A stretch of 64,000 nt of DNA from an uncultured Alphaproteobacteria bacterium (GCA_943787225.1 CALSLP010000003.1:140797-204796), one strand, 5' to 3'. Positions 1-10,549 are shown, counted from the first letter of the stretch. Notes: generated by a model from the sequence alone, not told the origin. Numbers and translations are program-made.

Positions 1-85
1 AGATGGGCGGCAATCCAAAACATGTAAAGAAAACTGACACTTACCGATCAAAACGAGATGATCATCGGGGTAAAGAAATCTTCCC

Positions 86-1609
86 CTAGCGCAGAACAAA
101 CGGGTTTGGCACTTCCGTCGCAGTCGATATCCACACGCATTTCTGCTGTAGATATTCCTTGATCATCTCCTGTCCGCTTTCGCGGCCTAGGCCTGACTGC
201 TTATAGCCACCAAACGGCGACATATAGCTCACCGCGCGGTAGGTGTTGACCCAGACCGTGCCCGCTTCCAGCCGGTCGGCCATGATAATCGCGCGGCGGA
301 TATTCTGGGTCCAGACACCGGCGGCGAGGCCGTACACCACGTCATTACCGATCTCGATGGCTTCTTCTTCATCCTTGAACGGGATCACTGACAGTACAGG
401 ACCAAACACTTCCTCCTGCGCAATGCGCATGGAGTTCTTGACGCCAGTGAAAATTGTCGGCTCAACGAACCAGCCATCACCGCATTCCGGCGCGGTCGCC
501 TTGGCACCGCCGAGGGCGGCCTCTGCGCCCTCGCCTTTGGCGATATCGATATAATCGAGGATCTTTTCATATTGCGCGATATTGGTGACCGGCCCGACCT
601 GGGTATCCATGCTCATCGGATCGCCCATCTTTGCCGTCGCGGCCAGCGCCACCAGCTTTTCAACGAACTCGTCATGGATGCTCTCCTGCACCAGCAGGCG
701 TGAGCCCGCGATACAGGTCTGGCCAGTCGCGGCAAAAATGCCGGAGATCGCGCCTTTTACGGCGTTATCCATCTCGGCATCATCAAACACGATATTCGGC
801 GATTTGCCGCCAAGCTCCATCGTCACATGCTTCATGGTTTTCGCGGCTGCCTGGTAAATTTGCGAGCCGGTCGCGTCGGAACCGGTAAAAGCGACCTTGG
901 CGACCTTGGGATGCTCAACTAGCGGCCCGCCAACATCGGCACCGAACCCGGTGACAACATTGATGACACCCGGCGGAAAGCCTACTTTCTCGACGATTTT
1001 CATGAATTCCAGCGTCGAGACCGAGGTGTATTCGGAGGGCTTGATGACCGTCGTATTGCCCGCCGCCAGCAAAGGCGCGAGTTTCCAGGTCAGCAGCAGA
1101 AGCGGTGAGTTCCACGGGATAATACAGGCGACGACGCCGAGCGGTTCCCAAACCGTATAGTTCAACGTATCCGGCTTATCTATTGGAATAACCGAGCCTT
1201 CGATCTTGTCGCAGAGGCCGCCATAATAGCGATACCACTGGGTCAGATACTTGCACTGCACGCCCATCTCCGCGATCAGCTTACCGTTATCCTTGGTCTC
1301 CATCTCGCCAAGATGCTCGGCGGCTTCCATCAACGCATCGCCAAACTTGCACAGCAGCGCACCACGCGCTGACGCCGTCATTGAACGCCACTCGCTGCCC
1401 GGACGCCCTGCCTGATAGGCGGCCTCAACCGCCGCGTCGACATCTGCCGCGCCTGCTTTCGGCACTTTCGCCCAGGGTTCAGCTGTATAGGGGTTAAAGC
1501 TCTCAAAGGTCTCGCCACTGGCGGCATCGACCCACTGACCATTTATCACCATTTGAAATTTTTCAAGTTCGGCCATCGCGCCTACTCCTTTTGTAGAAAT
1601 CGAAAACAA
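86..1609 (-). CDS. NAD(P)-dependent aldehyde dehydrogenase (507 aa)
   Basis: Full-length ORF with conserved ALDH family blocks (GxxxxG Rossmann-like region, ELGGKSP, catalytic Cys region IAGSRLLVQ). It lies downstream of the split TPP-decarboxylase operon. Confidence 0.85.
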   Translation of the reverse strand: MFSISTKGVGAMAELEKFQMVINGQWVDAASGETFESFNPYTAEPWAKVPKAGAADVDAAVEAAYQAGRPGSEWRSMTASARGALLCKFGDALMEAAEHLGEMETKDNGKLIAEMGVQCKYLTQWYRYYGGLCDKIEGSVIPIDKPDTLNYTVWEPLGVVACIIPWNSPLLLLTWKLAPLLAAGNTTVIKPSEYTSVSTLEFMKIVEKVGFPPGVINVVTGFGADVGGPLVEHPKVAKVAFTGSDATGSQIYQAAAKTMKHVTMELGGKSPNIVFDDAEMDNAVKGAISGIFAATGQTCIAGSRLLVQESIHDEFVEKLVALAATAKMGDPMSMDTQVGPVTNIAQYEKILDYIDIAKGEGAEAALGGAKATAPECGDGWFVEPTIFTGVKNSMRIAQEEVFGPVLSVIPFKDEEEAIEIGNDVVYGLAAGVWTQNIRRAIIMADRLEAGTVWVNTYRAVSYMSPFGGYKQSGLGRESGQEMIKEYLQQKCVWISTATEVPNPFVLR

Positions 1610-1624
1610 TTCAGAATCTAGAAA

Positions 1625-2980
1625 TCAATGCGACGATTTTCGCAGCGCTTTCCATAAAAAATAGAATTTGTCGTTTTTTATTTCATCAGGCCCGGTCATC
1701 AATCCAGATATGTTGTCATACAAATCTTTGGAAAAATGGAAGCCCCCGAGGGCCGAAATTATCTTTCCAATATTTGGCGGCAATAAGCCTGAAAAAAGCG
1801 ATATACCGATAAAGGCAGATCCAAGCAAAACATCTCGTCCCAATTTCTTTCGGAGCGTTTTTTTATAATTCTTTGTGAAATTTTCTATCCGAGAAACCTC
1901 AGGAGCAACTAGATCGGCAAAAGCCTCCTGTATCTGACCCGCAGTAGAATTCTTGGAACTAGCCAACACAGAAGACAGCGAATGCTGGTATACAGCAAAT
2001 GCTTCCTGTTCGGCTTTACGTAACTTAACCAGCCCACCTGGATCCGCATACGGAAGTGTAGGCACCTTGTGGGACATTCCATCACTAATCCCTCTACTCC
2101 GCTCAGGTTCTTTCAAATTCGTGATCTTGTTGATAGTCCAAAAATCTACATCACGTTGGGTAAGGTAATTGGTGCCGAAATTTTTTGAATAATAATCCTG
2201 CCGGAGAATATCACTTATAATCGGGTCCACCTGACGATCAGCTAGACCCAAACCTTCAATTTGTTTTTGCTTTAAATTCTCTCCAACAAAACGTGAACGC
2301 TCATCATACATTGGAGAACGTTCGAATACCTCAAGGTACATAACACCATGCTCCACTAATTCTTCTGGACCAGAGTGTTTTACGGAAAGACAAATGTCAG
2401 AACTAGTTACGTTGTATTCAACTTCTTTCGAAAATCTCTTAATCAAATCGTTTCTAATGTTTTTAATCCGCGCCCGAAATTCGCTATCTCTATGATCAAC
2501 CAATTCATAGTAGCAATCGGGACATAGCCTGTAGTGCTGAGATTGTGCAAATTTAACCAACCCTTCCTCTATCAAAGGCCTCAGATAGAACAGCACCGAA
2601 ACATAGAAAACAATTTCTGAAACAAGGTGCTCCTCATCCGCATCACCCGACTGAAATAAAATTTCAAACGGATCAGGTATCAAGACCTCATTCGAGTAAA
2701 GTGCAGCGAATTGCGCTATGGAAACGACTTGCGAAAATCTGCACTCCAATGCCGCACACGGGTACGGAGCACCCGAAAGTGTGTCTGAACAAATGAAATT
2801 AAATGTTGAGTTCGATGGTGAGGTTTTATACGGAATACAATCAATAATATCTGCCAGAAATTGGACAGCATCATCCAAATCCCATTTTTCTGTTATTGTC
2901 TTGAAACCACGTTGGGTCTGCCGCTTTTTCCCAATGTCGCGGACTGCAAGATATTCAAACAGCTCATCAGACATATACAC
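1625..2980 (-). CDS. hypothetical protein (451 aa), strongly AT-rich orphan gene
   Basis: Long uninterrupted ORF whose base composition is visibly lower in GC than all neighbours. No recognisable catalytic motifs. There is a C-terminal hydrophobic stretch. It sits between the aldehyde dehydrogenase and the ComDE-like genes. Confidence 0.55.
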   Translation of the reverse strand: MYMSDELFEYLAVRDIGKKRQTQRGFKTITEKWDLDDAVQFLADIIDCIPYKTSPSNSTFNFICSDTLSGAPYPCAALECRFSQVVSIAQFAALYSNEVLIPDPFEILFQSGDADEEHLVSEIVFYVSVLFYLRPLIEEGLVKFAQSQHYRLCPDCYYELVDHRDSEFRARIKNIRNDLIKRFSKEVEYNVTSSDICLSVKHSGPEELVEHGVMYLEVFERSPMYDERSRFVGENLKQKQIEGLGLADRQVDPIISDILRQDYYSKNFGTNYLTQRDVDFWTINKITNLKEPERSRGISDGMSHKVPTLPYADPGGLVKLRKAEQEAFAVYQHSLSSVLASSKNSTAGQIQEAFADLVAPEVSRIENFTKNYKKTLRKKLGRDVLLGSAFIGISLFSGLLPPNIGKIISALGGFHFSKDLYDNISGLMTGPDEIKNDKFYFLWKALRKSSH

Positions 2981-3066
2981 CTACTACTTTTGACGAACAT
3001 CCATTCCGTTAAATCGACCTACAGTAGATTTTAGATGACACAATACACAACAAGTAATTGATTTTC

Positions 3067-3657
3067 TTATATTTGTCCCAGCAGGTTTTCGCGGAAGCGG
3101 TGTTTCAAGGTCGGGCCATCGCGCGGCGGCAGCGTCATCGACTGCGGTGAATCCGTCACTTTGATATCAATGAACACAGGCCCGGGTTGGCTGTGTAGCA
3201 CCGGAATGGCCGCGCTCAGCTCTTTCGCGGTATAAACGGTCAAAGCGGTTTGAAACCCTGCGCCTGCTGCCATCGCCGGCAGATCGACGCCGTGGGCGGT
3301 GTGGGTTTCCTGCATCCCGGTTTCGCCATAGCGCTGATTATCGATGATACAGATCGCCAGGTTGGAGGGCTTCTGCACCGCGACGGTCGCGAGACCTCCA
3401 ACGCCCATCAGCATCTCGCCATCGCCGGTCATCACCAGCACACGGCGTTTCGGCTGGGCCAGCGCCAGGCCAAGCCCGGTCAGCACGGCCCCGCCCATAC
3501 CGCCCCACAGATAGAAGTTATTGGGATGATCGCCGACCGCAGCGGCATCCCAGGTCGGCGCGCCGAGCCCGGTGACCAGCAGCAGATCGCCACGATCCTT
3601 GAGGAGTTGCCCGACTACTTTGCGGCGGTCGAGGGTAATTTTTCTGCGCGCTGCCAT
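3067..3657 (-). CDS. TPP-dependent decarboxylase beta subunit (ComE-like, C-terminal TPP-binding domain), copy 1
   Basis: Carries a GDG-x24-NN type thiamine-diphosphate binding motif (VLVMTGDGEMLMGVGGL...IIDNQRYGETG). Size of about 195 aa. Its start overlaps the upstream stop in a TAATG junction. Confidence 0.75.
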   Translation of the reverse strand: MAARRKITLDRRKVVGQLLKDRGDLLLVTGLGAPTWDAAAVGDHPNNFYLWGGMGGAVLTGLGLALAQPKRRVLVMTGDGEMLMGVGGLATVAVQKPSNLAICIIDNQRYGETGMQETHTAHGVDLPAMAAGAGFQTALTVYTAKELSAAIPVLHSQPGPVFIDIKVTDSPQSMTLPPRDGPTLKHRFRENLLGQI

Positions 3658-4184
3658 TATTTCGTCCAATCCTTGAAACCAACCACGCGCTGACCGATCA
3701 GCACCGCGACCATACGCCCGCCTTCAAAAGCCAGCTTGGCGGCGGCCTCAACGGTTTCAGCGATCTCTGACGGCTCATCGACACGATGGACAATCACACC
3801 GGAGGCTTCAAGGACGCTTTCCGTCGCCTGCCCCATCGGCACCTGCCACGGGTTGAACTCGCCCCATTCGCCGCGCATCGTCACCAGCATCAGCAGCGGA
3901 AACCGGCACTCATTGGCCATCCCCAGCATATTGATCACGTTGCCAACGCCGGAAGACTGCATCAGCAGAGCCCCGGCTTCACCACCGAGCCAGGCGCCCG
4001 CCAGAACCGCGACGCCTTCCTGCTCGGAGGTCAGCGATACCGGCTTGATCGCGTTATCGGCAATTGCCATCTTGATCAGCGATGTGTGCCCAGCATCCGG
4101 GACATAGGCGATCTGCTGAACATCGGCCTTCTTCAGGACCTTGAAAACATCCTTGGACCAGTCGGTCTTCTTTTTGGTCGCCAT
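3657..4184 (-). CDS. TPP-dependent decarboxylase alpha subunit (ComD-like, N-terminal pyrimidine-binding domain), copy 1
   Basis: 175 aa with a TPP-enzyme N-terminal domain signature (YVPDAGHTSLI...QSSGVGN). It is paired with the beta subunit. Confidence 0.75.
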   Translation of the reverse strand: MATKKKTDWSKDVFKVLKKADVQQIAYVPDAGHTSLIKMAIADNAIKPVSLTSEQEGVAVLAGAWLGGEAGALLMQSSGVGNVINMLGMANECRFPLLMLVTMRGEWGEFNPWQVPMGQATESVLEASGVIVHRVDEPSEIAETVEAAAKLAFEGGRMVAVLIGQRVVGFKDWTK

Positions 4185-4187
4185 ACT

Positions 4188-4787
4188 CTACGCACTTTCT
4201 CCGGTAACGGCGGCTCGGAACCGCCGGGAAACATAGGTGCCATCTTTCGGCGCGTTGATCCGGGGCGAGGTCTTGCTCACCACCTTGACCACCGCGAAAT
4301 ACGGACCGGGCTGGTTGTGAATACGCGGCAATTCGGCCTCAAGCTCGGCTTCGGTGGTGATCAGCGCGGTCTTCTTGAAGCCAGACGCCGCTGCGATCCC
4401 GACAAGATCAACGCCGCGGCCTGTATGAGTGTGCTGATTGCCGGTCGCGCCATAGGCCTGATTGTCGATCACGATGATCGACAGGTTCTTGGGTTGTTCG
4501 ACGCCGATGGTTGCCAGACTGCCAATGCCCGCCAAAAGCTCGCCATCGCCGGTAATTACCAGAATACGGCGCTTGGGCTGCGCCAACGCAACGCCAAACG
4601 CAACCATCGCCGCGCCGCCCATAATACCGGCGAGATACATGTTCTTCGGATCATCATTGGCTGAAGCGACATCGTGGACGGCATTGCCGATCCCCGTGAC
4701 AACCGCAGCATCGCCACGGTCTTCCAGGATACGCTGCACCACCTTGCGGCGCTGCAGCGTGTAGGGGGTTTTTGATTTCACAGCCAT
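4188..4787 (-). CDS. TPP-dependent decarboxylase beta subunit (ComE-like), copy 2 (paralog)
   Basis: 199 aa, clearly paralogous to 3067..3657 (ILVITGDGELLAGIGSL...VIDNQAYGATGNQ). TAATG overlap with the upstream alpha gene. Confidence 0.75.
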   Translation of the reverse strand: MAVKSKTPYTLQRRKVVQRILEDRGDAAVVTGIGNAVHDVASANDDPKNMYLAGIMGGAAMVAFGVALAQPKRRILVITGDGELLAGIGSLATIGVEQPKNLSIIVIDNQAYGATGNQHTHTGRGVDLVGIAAASGFKKTALITTEAELEAELPRIHNQPGPYFAVVKVVSKTSPRINAPKDGTYVSRRFRAAVTGESA

Positions 4788-5317
4788 TATCCCTGTCCTC
4801 CACTACCGGCAATGCGCTGCGAGAGCACGACAGCCACCGCGCGGTTGGCATCAAAGGCTAGCTTTGCAGCCGCTTCCACGGTCTCCGGCACTTTTTCCGC
4901 CTGATCCACATGATGGACAATCACCTTGGCGGCTTCCAGCGCCGGAATGGTGCTTTGACCCATCGGTACTTGCCACGGGTACTGCTCCCCCCATTCACCG
5001 CGCATTGAGACCAGCGACAACAGTGGAATTCGGCATTCCTGCATCATCGAGAGCATATTGATGCAATTGCCGACCCCACCGGACTGGGTCAGCAGCACGC
5101 CGCGCTGACCACCGAGCCACGCGCCGGCCATCTGGGCGACGCCTTCTTCCTCGGTCGTGAGAACAACCGAGCGCATCGATTTGTCGGCCTGAACCCGTTC
5201 AATCAATCTCGCAAGCCCGCCATCGGGGACGTAGGCAATTTGTTTAATGCCGATTTTTTTGAACAGCTGGTGCACATCTTGCGACCAGTGCCAACTCTTG
5301 GATTTTTTGCTTACCAT
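4787..5317 (-). CDS. TPP-dependent decarboxylase alpha subunit (ComD-like), copy 2 (paralog)
   Basis: 176 aa paralog of 3657..4184 (YVPDGGLARLI...QSGGVGN). Confidence 0.75.
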   Translation of the reverse strand: MVSKKSKSWHWSQDVHQLFKKIGIKQIAYVPDGGLARLIERVQADKSMRSVVLTTEEEGVAQMAGAWLGGQRGVLLTQSGGVGNCINMLSMMQECRIPLLSLVSMRGEWGEQYPWQVPMGQSTIPALEAAKVIVHHVDQAEKVPETVEAAAKLAFDANRAVAVVLSQRIAGSGGQG

Positions 5318-5571
5318 CAGTTTTTGTTATGCTCCGCCAAATTTTTTAGGGCTTCATCGAGCCAAATTACACGTCGTTTTGCTTCTGCCAAAGCGTCTTC
5401 CCGAACGGCAAAAACATCTTTTTCAAAATGTCCCGTTCGAAACCAGCCGGTCTTGGTTTCTGGATCCCGGCGGAATTCATCAAACCCGAAGGAGCCGTCT
5501 TCACGCTGGAAGATGTCGACACACCGGTCACCCTCGAAGGTTTCGATTGAAGACAAAACAACTGCAGACAT
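5317..5571 (-). CDS. small hypothetical protein (84 aa), first gene of the ComDE-like operon
   Basis: Its stop overlaps the start of the downstream alpha subunit (TGATG junction). No recognisable domain. Confidence 0.4.
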   Translation of the reverse strand: MSAVVLSSIETFEGDRCVDIFQREDGSFGFDEFRRDPETKTGWFRTGHFEKDVFAVREDALAEAKRRVIWLDEALKNLAEHNKN

Positions 5572-5781
5572 TGGTCGCTAATTCGTCCTTTTCCGTTGCC
5601 GCCAGAGTGAAACAAGCCGGCGCATCGCGCAAGGTTGGATATGCGCCAGAAATTAAAACGACTGGATTGCATTTGCCAGCCCGTGTCTTGAGTGGACGGG
5701 GTCGCTGGTAAGTCACATATTGAAAATGTGGATACCGGCGAGAAAGCTAGATTTCGACCCACTTAACCGGAGATACCGATT

Positions 5782-6306
5782 ATGCCTAAATACCTTCCCA
5801 TACTTCCCGCAGTCTCAGCCGTCGCCCTGTTGCTTGCCCTGCCCGCAACCAGCTCTGCCAATGACGGCCGGAGCCTCCAGCTGGCCCAGGCAGCAAAAAC
5901 CGATAAAGCCGAAACAGGCAAGAAAGCAAAAAAAACGCGGGTATCAAGACGCACGCAACGCTTTATGCGGCTTTATGATCTTAATGGCGATGGCAAAGTT
6001 GGCCCCAAGGAGATCGCCAACGACCAGGCGCGCATTCTTCGTGCCATGGATTTGAACAATGACAAGGGCCTGTCCGTCGACGAAATGCGCCGCCGTGGCC
6101 GTAGCCTGCAGATTTGGCAATCCGTAACGCTGTTCGACCTTCTCGACACCAACGGCGATCAGAAAGTGTCTGCCGCTGAACTCGAGGCCCCGATGCAGCG
6201 TTGGTTCAAACGCTATGACACCAATGGCGATGGCGTGATGGATGCCAGCGAAGTACCACAGAGTCACTGGCGCCGTGGTAGCCGCCGCGGTCACGGGCGT
6301 CGGTAG
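5782..6306 (+). CDS. secreted EF-hand calcium-binding protein
   Basis: N-terminal signal peptide (LPILPAVSAVALLLALPATSSA). Four canonical EF-hand loops (DLNGDGKVGPKE, DLNNDKGLSVDE, DTNGDQKVSAAE, DTNGDGVMDASE). Confidence 0.7.
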   Translation: MPKYLPILPAVSAVALLLALPATSSANDGRSLQLAQAAKTDKAETGKKAKKTRVSRRTQRFMRLYDLNGDGKVGPKEIANDQARILRAMDLNNDKGLSVDEMRRRGRSLQIWQSVTLFDLLDTNGDQKVSAAELEAPMQRWFKRYDTNGDGVMDASEVPQSHWRRGSRRGHGRR

Positions 6307-6334
6307 AGCCAACCCCTTGATAGCGGAGATATGA

Positions 6335-6952
6335 TTGTTGGACGGTAGTGTTCCCAAGAATTGGCCCCCCCCCCGTCCCGGGCCCATTGCGGGCGAGGCC
6401 GGTGCGTCTGATGACGCGCTCCTCGCCCAAATTGGCGCCGGGGATGTTGCTGCCTGGGAAGCCATTATCGACCGTCATCTACCTGCCGTCAGCCGCTATG
6501 CCGCCTATGTCCTCGGGGACAACGCCCAGGGTGAAGATGTCGCGCAAGAAACCTTCATCCGATTGATGAAGAAAGCCCAGACCTGGGAAGCAAATGGCTC
6601 CGGTTTAAAGAGCTGGCTGTTCCGGGTCGCGCGCAATTTATGCATCGATTATAAACGCAAGAAAAGACCAGAACCAATTGAAAATGCTGAGTTTATCGCT
6701 GATCCAATTGACCGACACGCCACCGACCGGCGCATCGATATTGCCAACACGATGGAACGCGCCCTCGCCGCATTGCCGGAACCCCAACAGACCGCGATCG
6801 TGCTGGTTCACTACGAAGGGTTTTCGGGCAGCGAAGCCGCCAACTTGCTGGATATCTCGGTTGAAGCCGTAGAGTCACTGCTGGCGCGCGCCCGCCGCAG
6901 CCTGCGACAGGCCCTGCAACCCGATGCGAGAGAATTACTAGGAGAAAGATGA
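6335..6952 (+). CDS. RNA polymerase ECF-type sigma-70 factor
   Basis: Sigma-70 region 2 and region 4 signatures (QETFIRLM..., WLFRVARNLCIDYKRKK..., SEAANLLDISVEAVESLLARAR). A TTG start is inferred. A C10 tract lies 10 codons into the ORF. Confidence 0.75.
   Translation: MLDGSVPKNWPPPRPGPIAGEAGASDDALLAQIGAGDVAAWEAIIDRHLPAVSRYAAYVLGDNAQGEDVAQETFIRLMKKAQTWEANGSGLKSWLFRVARNLCIDYKRKKRPEPIENAEFIADPIDRHATDRRIDIANTMERALAALPEPQQTAIVLVHYEGFSGSEAANLLDISVEAVESLLARARRSLRQALQPDARELLGER
6365..6374 (+). repeat. C10 homopolymeric tract inside the 5′ end of the ECF sigma ORF
   Basis: Ten consecutive C residues encode PPP(R) at codons 11-14 of the only in-frame start. Such tracts are slipped-strand mispairing hotspots. 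Confidence 0.6.
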
Positions 6953-7551
6953 TGACAGACCAAATCAAACCCCAAATCAAACCGATGACACAAGATCGCA
7001 TCCGGGAGCTGATTGAAGCCTATGGCGCTGCCCCGGAAAGATGGCCTGGCCGGGAACGCGACCTGGCTATGGTGTTTATTGCGACATCGGTCGAGGCTCA
7101 GGATCTCCTTAAAGAGGCCAGCGCACTGGATACAGCCCTCAACGCCTTGCCAATGTCTGAACCGTCACCGGCGCTGCGCCGTAGCGTTCTGGACGCCTTC
7201 ACCCCGCCCATACCGGTTGCGGCAAACGAAAATGATGGATTGGTCACGACCATCACTCAATGGCAGCCGCGATCAAACCGGTCCTGGCACAAAGCCGCTG
7301 CAGCGGCGGTCATGTTTGGTGTTTTATGTGGCGTCGGCATTTCACAAACCTTCGCGCCGGCCAGCACGGTTGTTTTAGCCCAGCAGCCTTCACCCGACTT
7401 CAATCAGCTTATTGTTGAGCCGGGGCTGGAGAGTAACGTTGCTGCGCTCTCACTGGGCGGGGAACTTCCCGCGATTATGAGAGATACCGCACCGCAAAAC
7501 GAAAACAGTAATGATGACGTCGGGGACGACTCAGACATCCCTCTGACTTAA
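6949..7551 (+). CDS. putative transmembrane anti-sigma factor
   Basis: ATGA start/stop overlap with the sigma gene. About 200 aa with a central hydrophobic helix (AAAAVMFGVLCGVGI). Typical sigma/anti-sigma pairing. Confidence 0.5.
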   Translation: MMTDQIKPQIKPMTQDRIRELIEAYGAAPERWPGRERDLAMVFIATSVEAQDLLKEASALDTALNALPMSEPSPALRRSVLDAFTPPIPVAANENDGLVTTITQWQPRSNRSWHKAAAAAVMFGVLCGVGISQTFAPASTVVLAQQPSPDFNQLIVEPGLESNVAALSLGGELPAIMRDTAPQNENSNDDVGDDSDIPLT

Positions 7552-7569
7552 ACCAATACTTTAAGTATT

Positions 7570-8382
7570 TTATTTACCGGTATATTTTGGTTTGCGTTTT
7601 TCGGCGAAAGCATCAATGCCTTCTTTATAATCCGCTGTCGAACGCAGCTTCTCATAAGAATGCCCTTCGATATCCATCGCCACTTTCAGGCTCGTATCAT
7701 AGACCGAGTTCAAGACCCGCTTGAGAGCGCGCAGCGCCAGCGGGCCCTTGGCATTCAAATTCGCCGCATAGTCTTCAACCAAAGCCGTCAGGGCCTCTGA
7801 ATCTTCAGCAACCTCAGTGATTAGCCCCCACTCCTTGGCTTGTGGTGCCGGGATGCGTTTACCGAGCATCACCATGTCCTTGGCCCGCGTCAGCCCTGCG
7901 ATCTTCACAACGCGCACACTACCGCCCGAGCCCGGCATTTCACCGAGATTGATTTCCGGCAAGGCAACCAGTGTTTCCTTTGTCGCGAGACGGAAATCGC
8001 AGGCCATTGCCAGCTCAAAGCCAACACCAAAGGCATATTTCTCCAGCGCGGCAATAACCGGCTTCGAGCAACGTTCCGGCGCGCCAATGTTCCAGGCCAG
8101 ATCAGACATGCCATCGAATGGAATATCGGGGAAACTTTTCACATCCCCGCCGGAGGTATAGGTACCACCCTCGCCACGGATCACGATCACGCCGACATCA
8201 TCGTCTTCATCCATCGCTTCGATGATGGCCCGGATTTGCGACCGTCCCGTATAGGACACGATATTCAGCGGCGGCCGGTCGAGGATCAGGTAGCCGATCT
8301 TTTTCTCCGCATCGACTTCAACCCGAAGTCCATCGAGGTCTTTCAACAAGGCGCCCCGTTCGGCGGCGTAATCTTTACCCAT
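7570..8382 (-). CDS. enoyl-CoA hydratase/isomerase family protein
   Basis: Crotonase-fold motifs (IAALEKYAFGVGFELAMACDFRLA). Confidence 0.8.
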   Translation of the reverse strand: MGKDYAAERGALLKDLDGLRVEVDAEKKIGYLILDRPPLNIVSYTGRSQIRAIIEAMDEDDDVGVIVIRGEGGTYTSGGDVKSFPDIPFDGMSDLAWNIGAPERCSKPVIAALEKYAFGVGFELAMACDFRLATKETLVALPEINLGEMPGSGGSVRVVKIAGLTRAKDMVMLGKRIPAPQAKEWGLITEVAEDSEALTALVEDYAANLNAKGPLALRALKRVLNSVYDTSLKVAMDIEGHSYEKLRSTADYKEGIDAFAEKRKPKYTGK

Positions 8383-8408
8383 AATCCTCTTTCCTTCGTA
8401 TCTAACCC

Positions 8409-9965
8409 CTAGAGGGTACTCTCAAAATTCGGCGACACGGCATAATCGCCATCTCGCAAATGCCGCCGCAACAATTTACCCGACGCCGATTTTGGCAAGG
8501 CCTCGACGAACACATAGGCCCGAGGCCGCTTAAACCGCGCAAGGGTCGACTCAGTACAAAACGCATCAAGCGCTTCGGCAGTGGCTTTTTCGCTGGCCGC
8601 TTCGATAAAGGCAACCACCTTTTGCCCCCAACGCTCATCTGGCAGCCCCACGACCGCCGCTGAGGACACCAGCTCACAATCTGACAACGTGTCTTCGACT
8701 TCTTCCGGGTGAATGTTCTCACCACCCGAAATGATCATGTCATCGGTCCGGCCCGCAAGAAACAACTCGCCATCTTCATCGACATAGCCAAGGTCGCCCG
8801 TGAAGTACCAGCCCTCGCGGATTGCTTTGGCATCAGCGTCAGGCCGGTTCCAGTATCCGGAAAACGCCTCCGGGCTCCTCATCGTCGCGATGATTTCGCC
8901 AATCTCATTCGGCCCTAAAACATCGTCCGGCGTTGCCGTGCCATCGGCATCAGCGCGTACTACCCGGATCATCTGGTTAATGCCCGGCCATCCAGCAGCA
9001 CCCGGCTTTTTGTCAAGGTGATCGCATACAGTAAAAGTAAATATTTCACTGGAACCATAATAGTTTGCAAAAACTTCCGGAGATAATAGATTAAGTAATC
9101 GCCGTTCCAGATCACTGGTCATCGACATCCCGGCATAGGCGACATTCCGCACCGAGGACACATCCGTTGCCGCAAAACTTTCATGGCCCAGCATGTCGTG
9201 AAACATGGTGGGCACCAGGAATAGCGAACTGATTTTCTCCGCTTCAATCAGCTGCAATGCCTCACCGGCGTTGAACCCCCGCATATTGACCAGCGCGCCG
9301 TTGATCATCGTCGAACACAACAGGATACGAATACCCATTGTATGGAACAGCGGCATGACGCCGAGGGGGCTGTCGCCAAACTGATAGCGTAAATGCGCAA
9401 TAACCGAGGCTGCTGCCGTACGTTCCGCCCGATGCGAGCGTGGCACACCTTTGGGACGCCCTGTTGTGCCTGAGGTATATAACATCAGACAAATTTCATT
9501 ATCGTCTGCGCCCGCAGGGCCTGTGACCGGGTTAGTACTCAACAAATCGGCAAAGCTGGTTCCCGGCAAACCCTCCCCGACGCTGATCAGGACATCGCTG
9601 GATATGCCACTGCCTTCCAAGGCAGCTTTAACGGCTTCACCTGCGGCGTCATCAAAGGCAATCAGCCGAGGGGCGGCATCTTCGAGCACAAAGGCGATAT
9701 CGTCCGCTGTGGCGCGCCAGTTAAACGGCGTAAAGACCGCCGCCAGCATCTGACAGGCCCAGTAAAGCGTTGCCATCTCATAGCGATTGGCCATGACACA
9801 GACGAGCCGGTCACCCCGCTTAAGGCCCATCGCCGATAAGCCACCGGCAACGCGCCGGATATCGTCCTGCCAGGATGCAAAATCGCGCCTAATCTCGCCA
9901 TCAACAAGGGCTAAAGCGGTCGGTTGCCGTGCAACCGAGGCGTCGAAGGCGGTTCCGAGATCCAT
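8409..9965 (-). CDS. AMP-dependent acyl-CoA synthetase/ligase
   Basis: AMP-binding motifs (YTSGTTGRPKGV, YGSSE, GWYFTGDLG). Confidence 0.85.
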   Translation of the reverse strand: MDLGTAFDASVARQPTALALVDGEIRRDFASWQDDIRRVAGGLSAMGLKRGDRLVCVMANRYEMATLYWACQMLAAVFTPFNWRATADDIAFVLEDAAPRLIAFDDAAGEAVKAALEGSGISSDVLISVGEGLPGTSFADLLSTNPVTGPAGADDNEICLMLYTSGTTGRPKGVPRSHRAERTAAASVIAHLRYQFGDSPLGVMPLFHTMGIRILLCSTMINGALVNMRGFNAGEALQLIEAEKISSLFLVPTMFHDMLGHESFAATDVSSVRNVAYAGMSMTSDLERRLLNLLSPEVFANYYGSSEIFTFTVCDHLDKKPGAAGWPGINQMIRVVRADADGTATPDDVLGPNEIGEIIATMRSPEAFSGYWNRPDADAKAIREGWYFTGDLGYVDEDGELFLAGRTDDMIISGGENIHPEEVEDTLSDCELVSSAAVVGLPDERWGQKVVAFIEAASEKATAEALDAFCTESTLARFKRPRAYVFVEALPKSASGKLLRRHLRDGDYAVSPNFESTL

Positions 9966-9991
9966 TGGGGTGTTTCGTTGTGTATACAGAG

Positions 9992-10549
9992 TTAGGTCGT
10001 TTGGGCAGACCCAGTCACTTTTACAAACCGGTCCAGCATGCCATCGAGCATTTTGTCGAGATCGCTGTCATTCAGCCCACCGTCCTCGTTAAAGGCCTTA
10101 TTAGCCTGCGCCAGTGAGAAACTGTCACCCGACAGCCACAGCCCCATGAAAGACAGAGCTGGCCGGAGCGCGATCAAGCCACGGGCACCGCCGACCATGC
10201 TTGGTGCTGCCGAGGCAAGAAAACAGATTTTGCCAATCGTTGGATAAGGCCGGATACGCGACAACCAATCAATGGCGTTCTTCAGCGGCCCAGGGACACC
10301 GTAATTGTATTCCGGAGAGACAATGACAATGGCATCCGCAGCCGTGATCCGGCTGGCCAATTCCTGCGTTCCGGCGGGGATACCGTCAGCGGCTTCGATG
10401 TCGCCATCATAGAGGGGCATGTCAAATTCCCGGAAATCAGCAAAATCGACCTCCGCGCCCAGAACATCCAATTTTCCGGAAATCACCGTGGCGAGTTTCT
10501 TGTTCACAGACTCTTTACGAAGCGATCCGGCAAATACGAGTATACGCAT
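9992..10549 (-). CDS. NADPH-dependent FMN reductase family protein
   Basis: MRILVFAGSLRKESVNKKL... with SPEYNYGVPGPLKNAIDW, typical of the flavodoxin-like FMN reductase family. Start chosen at the ATG with a GGGAGA RBS. Confidence 0.8.
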   Translation of the reverse strand: MRILVFAGSLRKESVNKKLATVISGKLDVLGAEVDFADFREFDMPLYDGDIEAADGIPAGTQELASRITAADAIVIVSPEYNYGVPGPLKNAIDWLSRIRPYPTIGKICFLASAAPSMVGGARGLIALRPALSFMGLWLSGDSFSLAQANKAFNEDGGLNDSDLDKMLDGMLDRFVKVTGSAQTT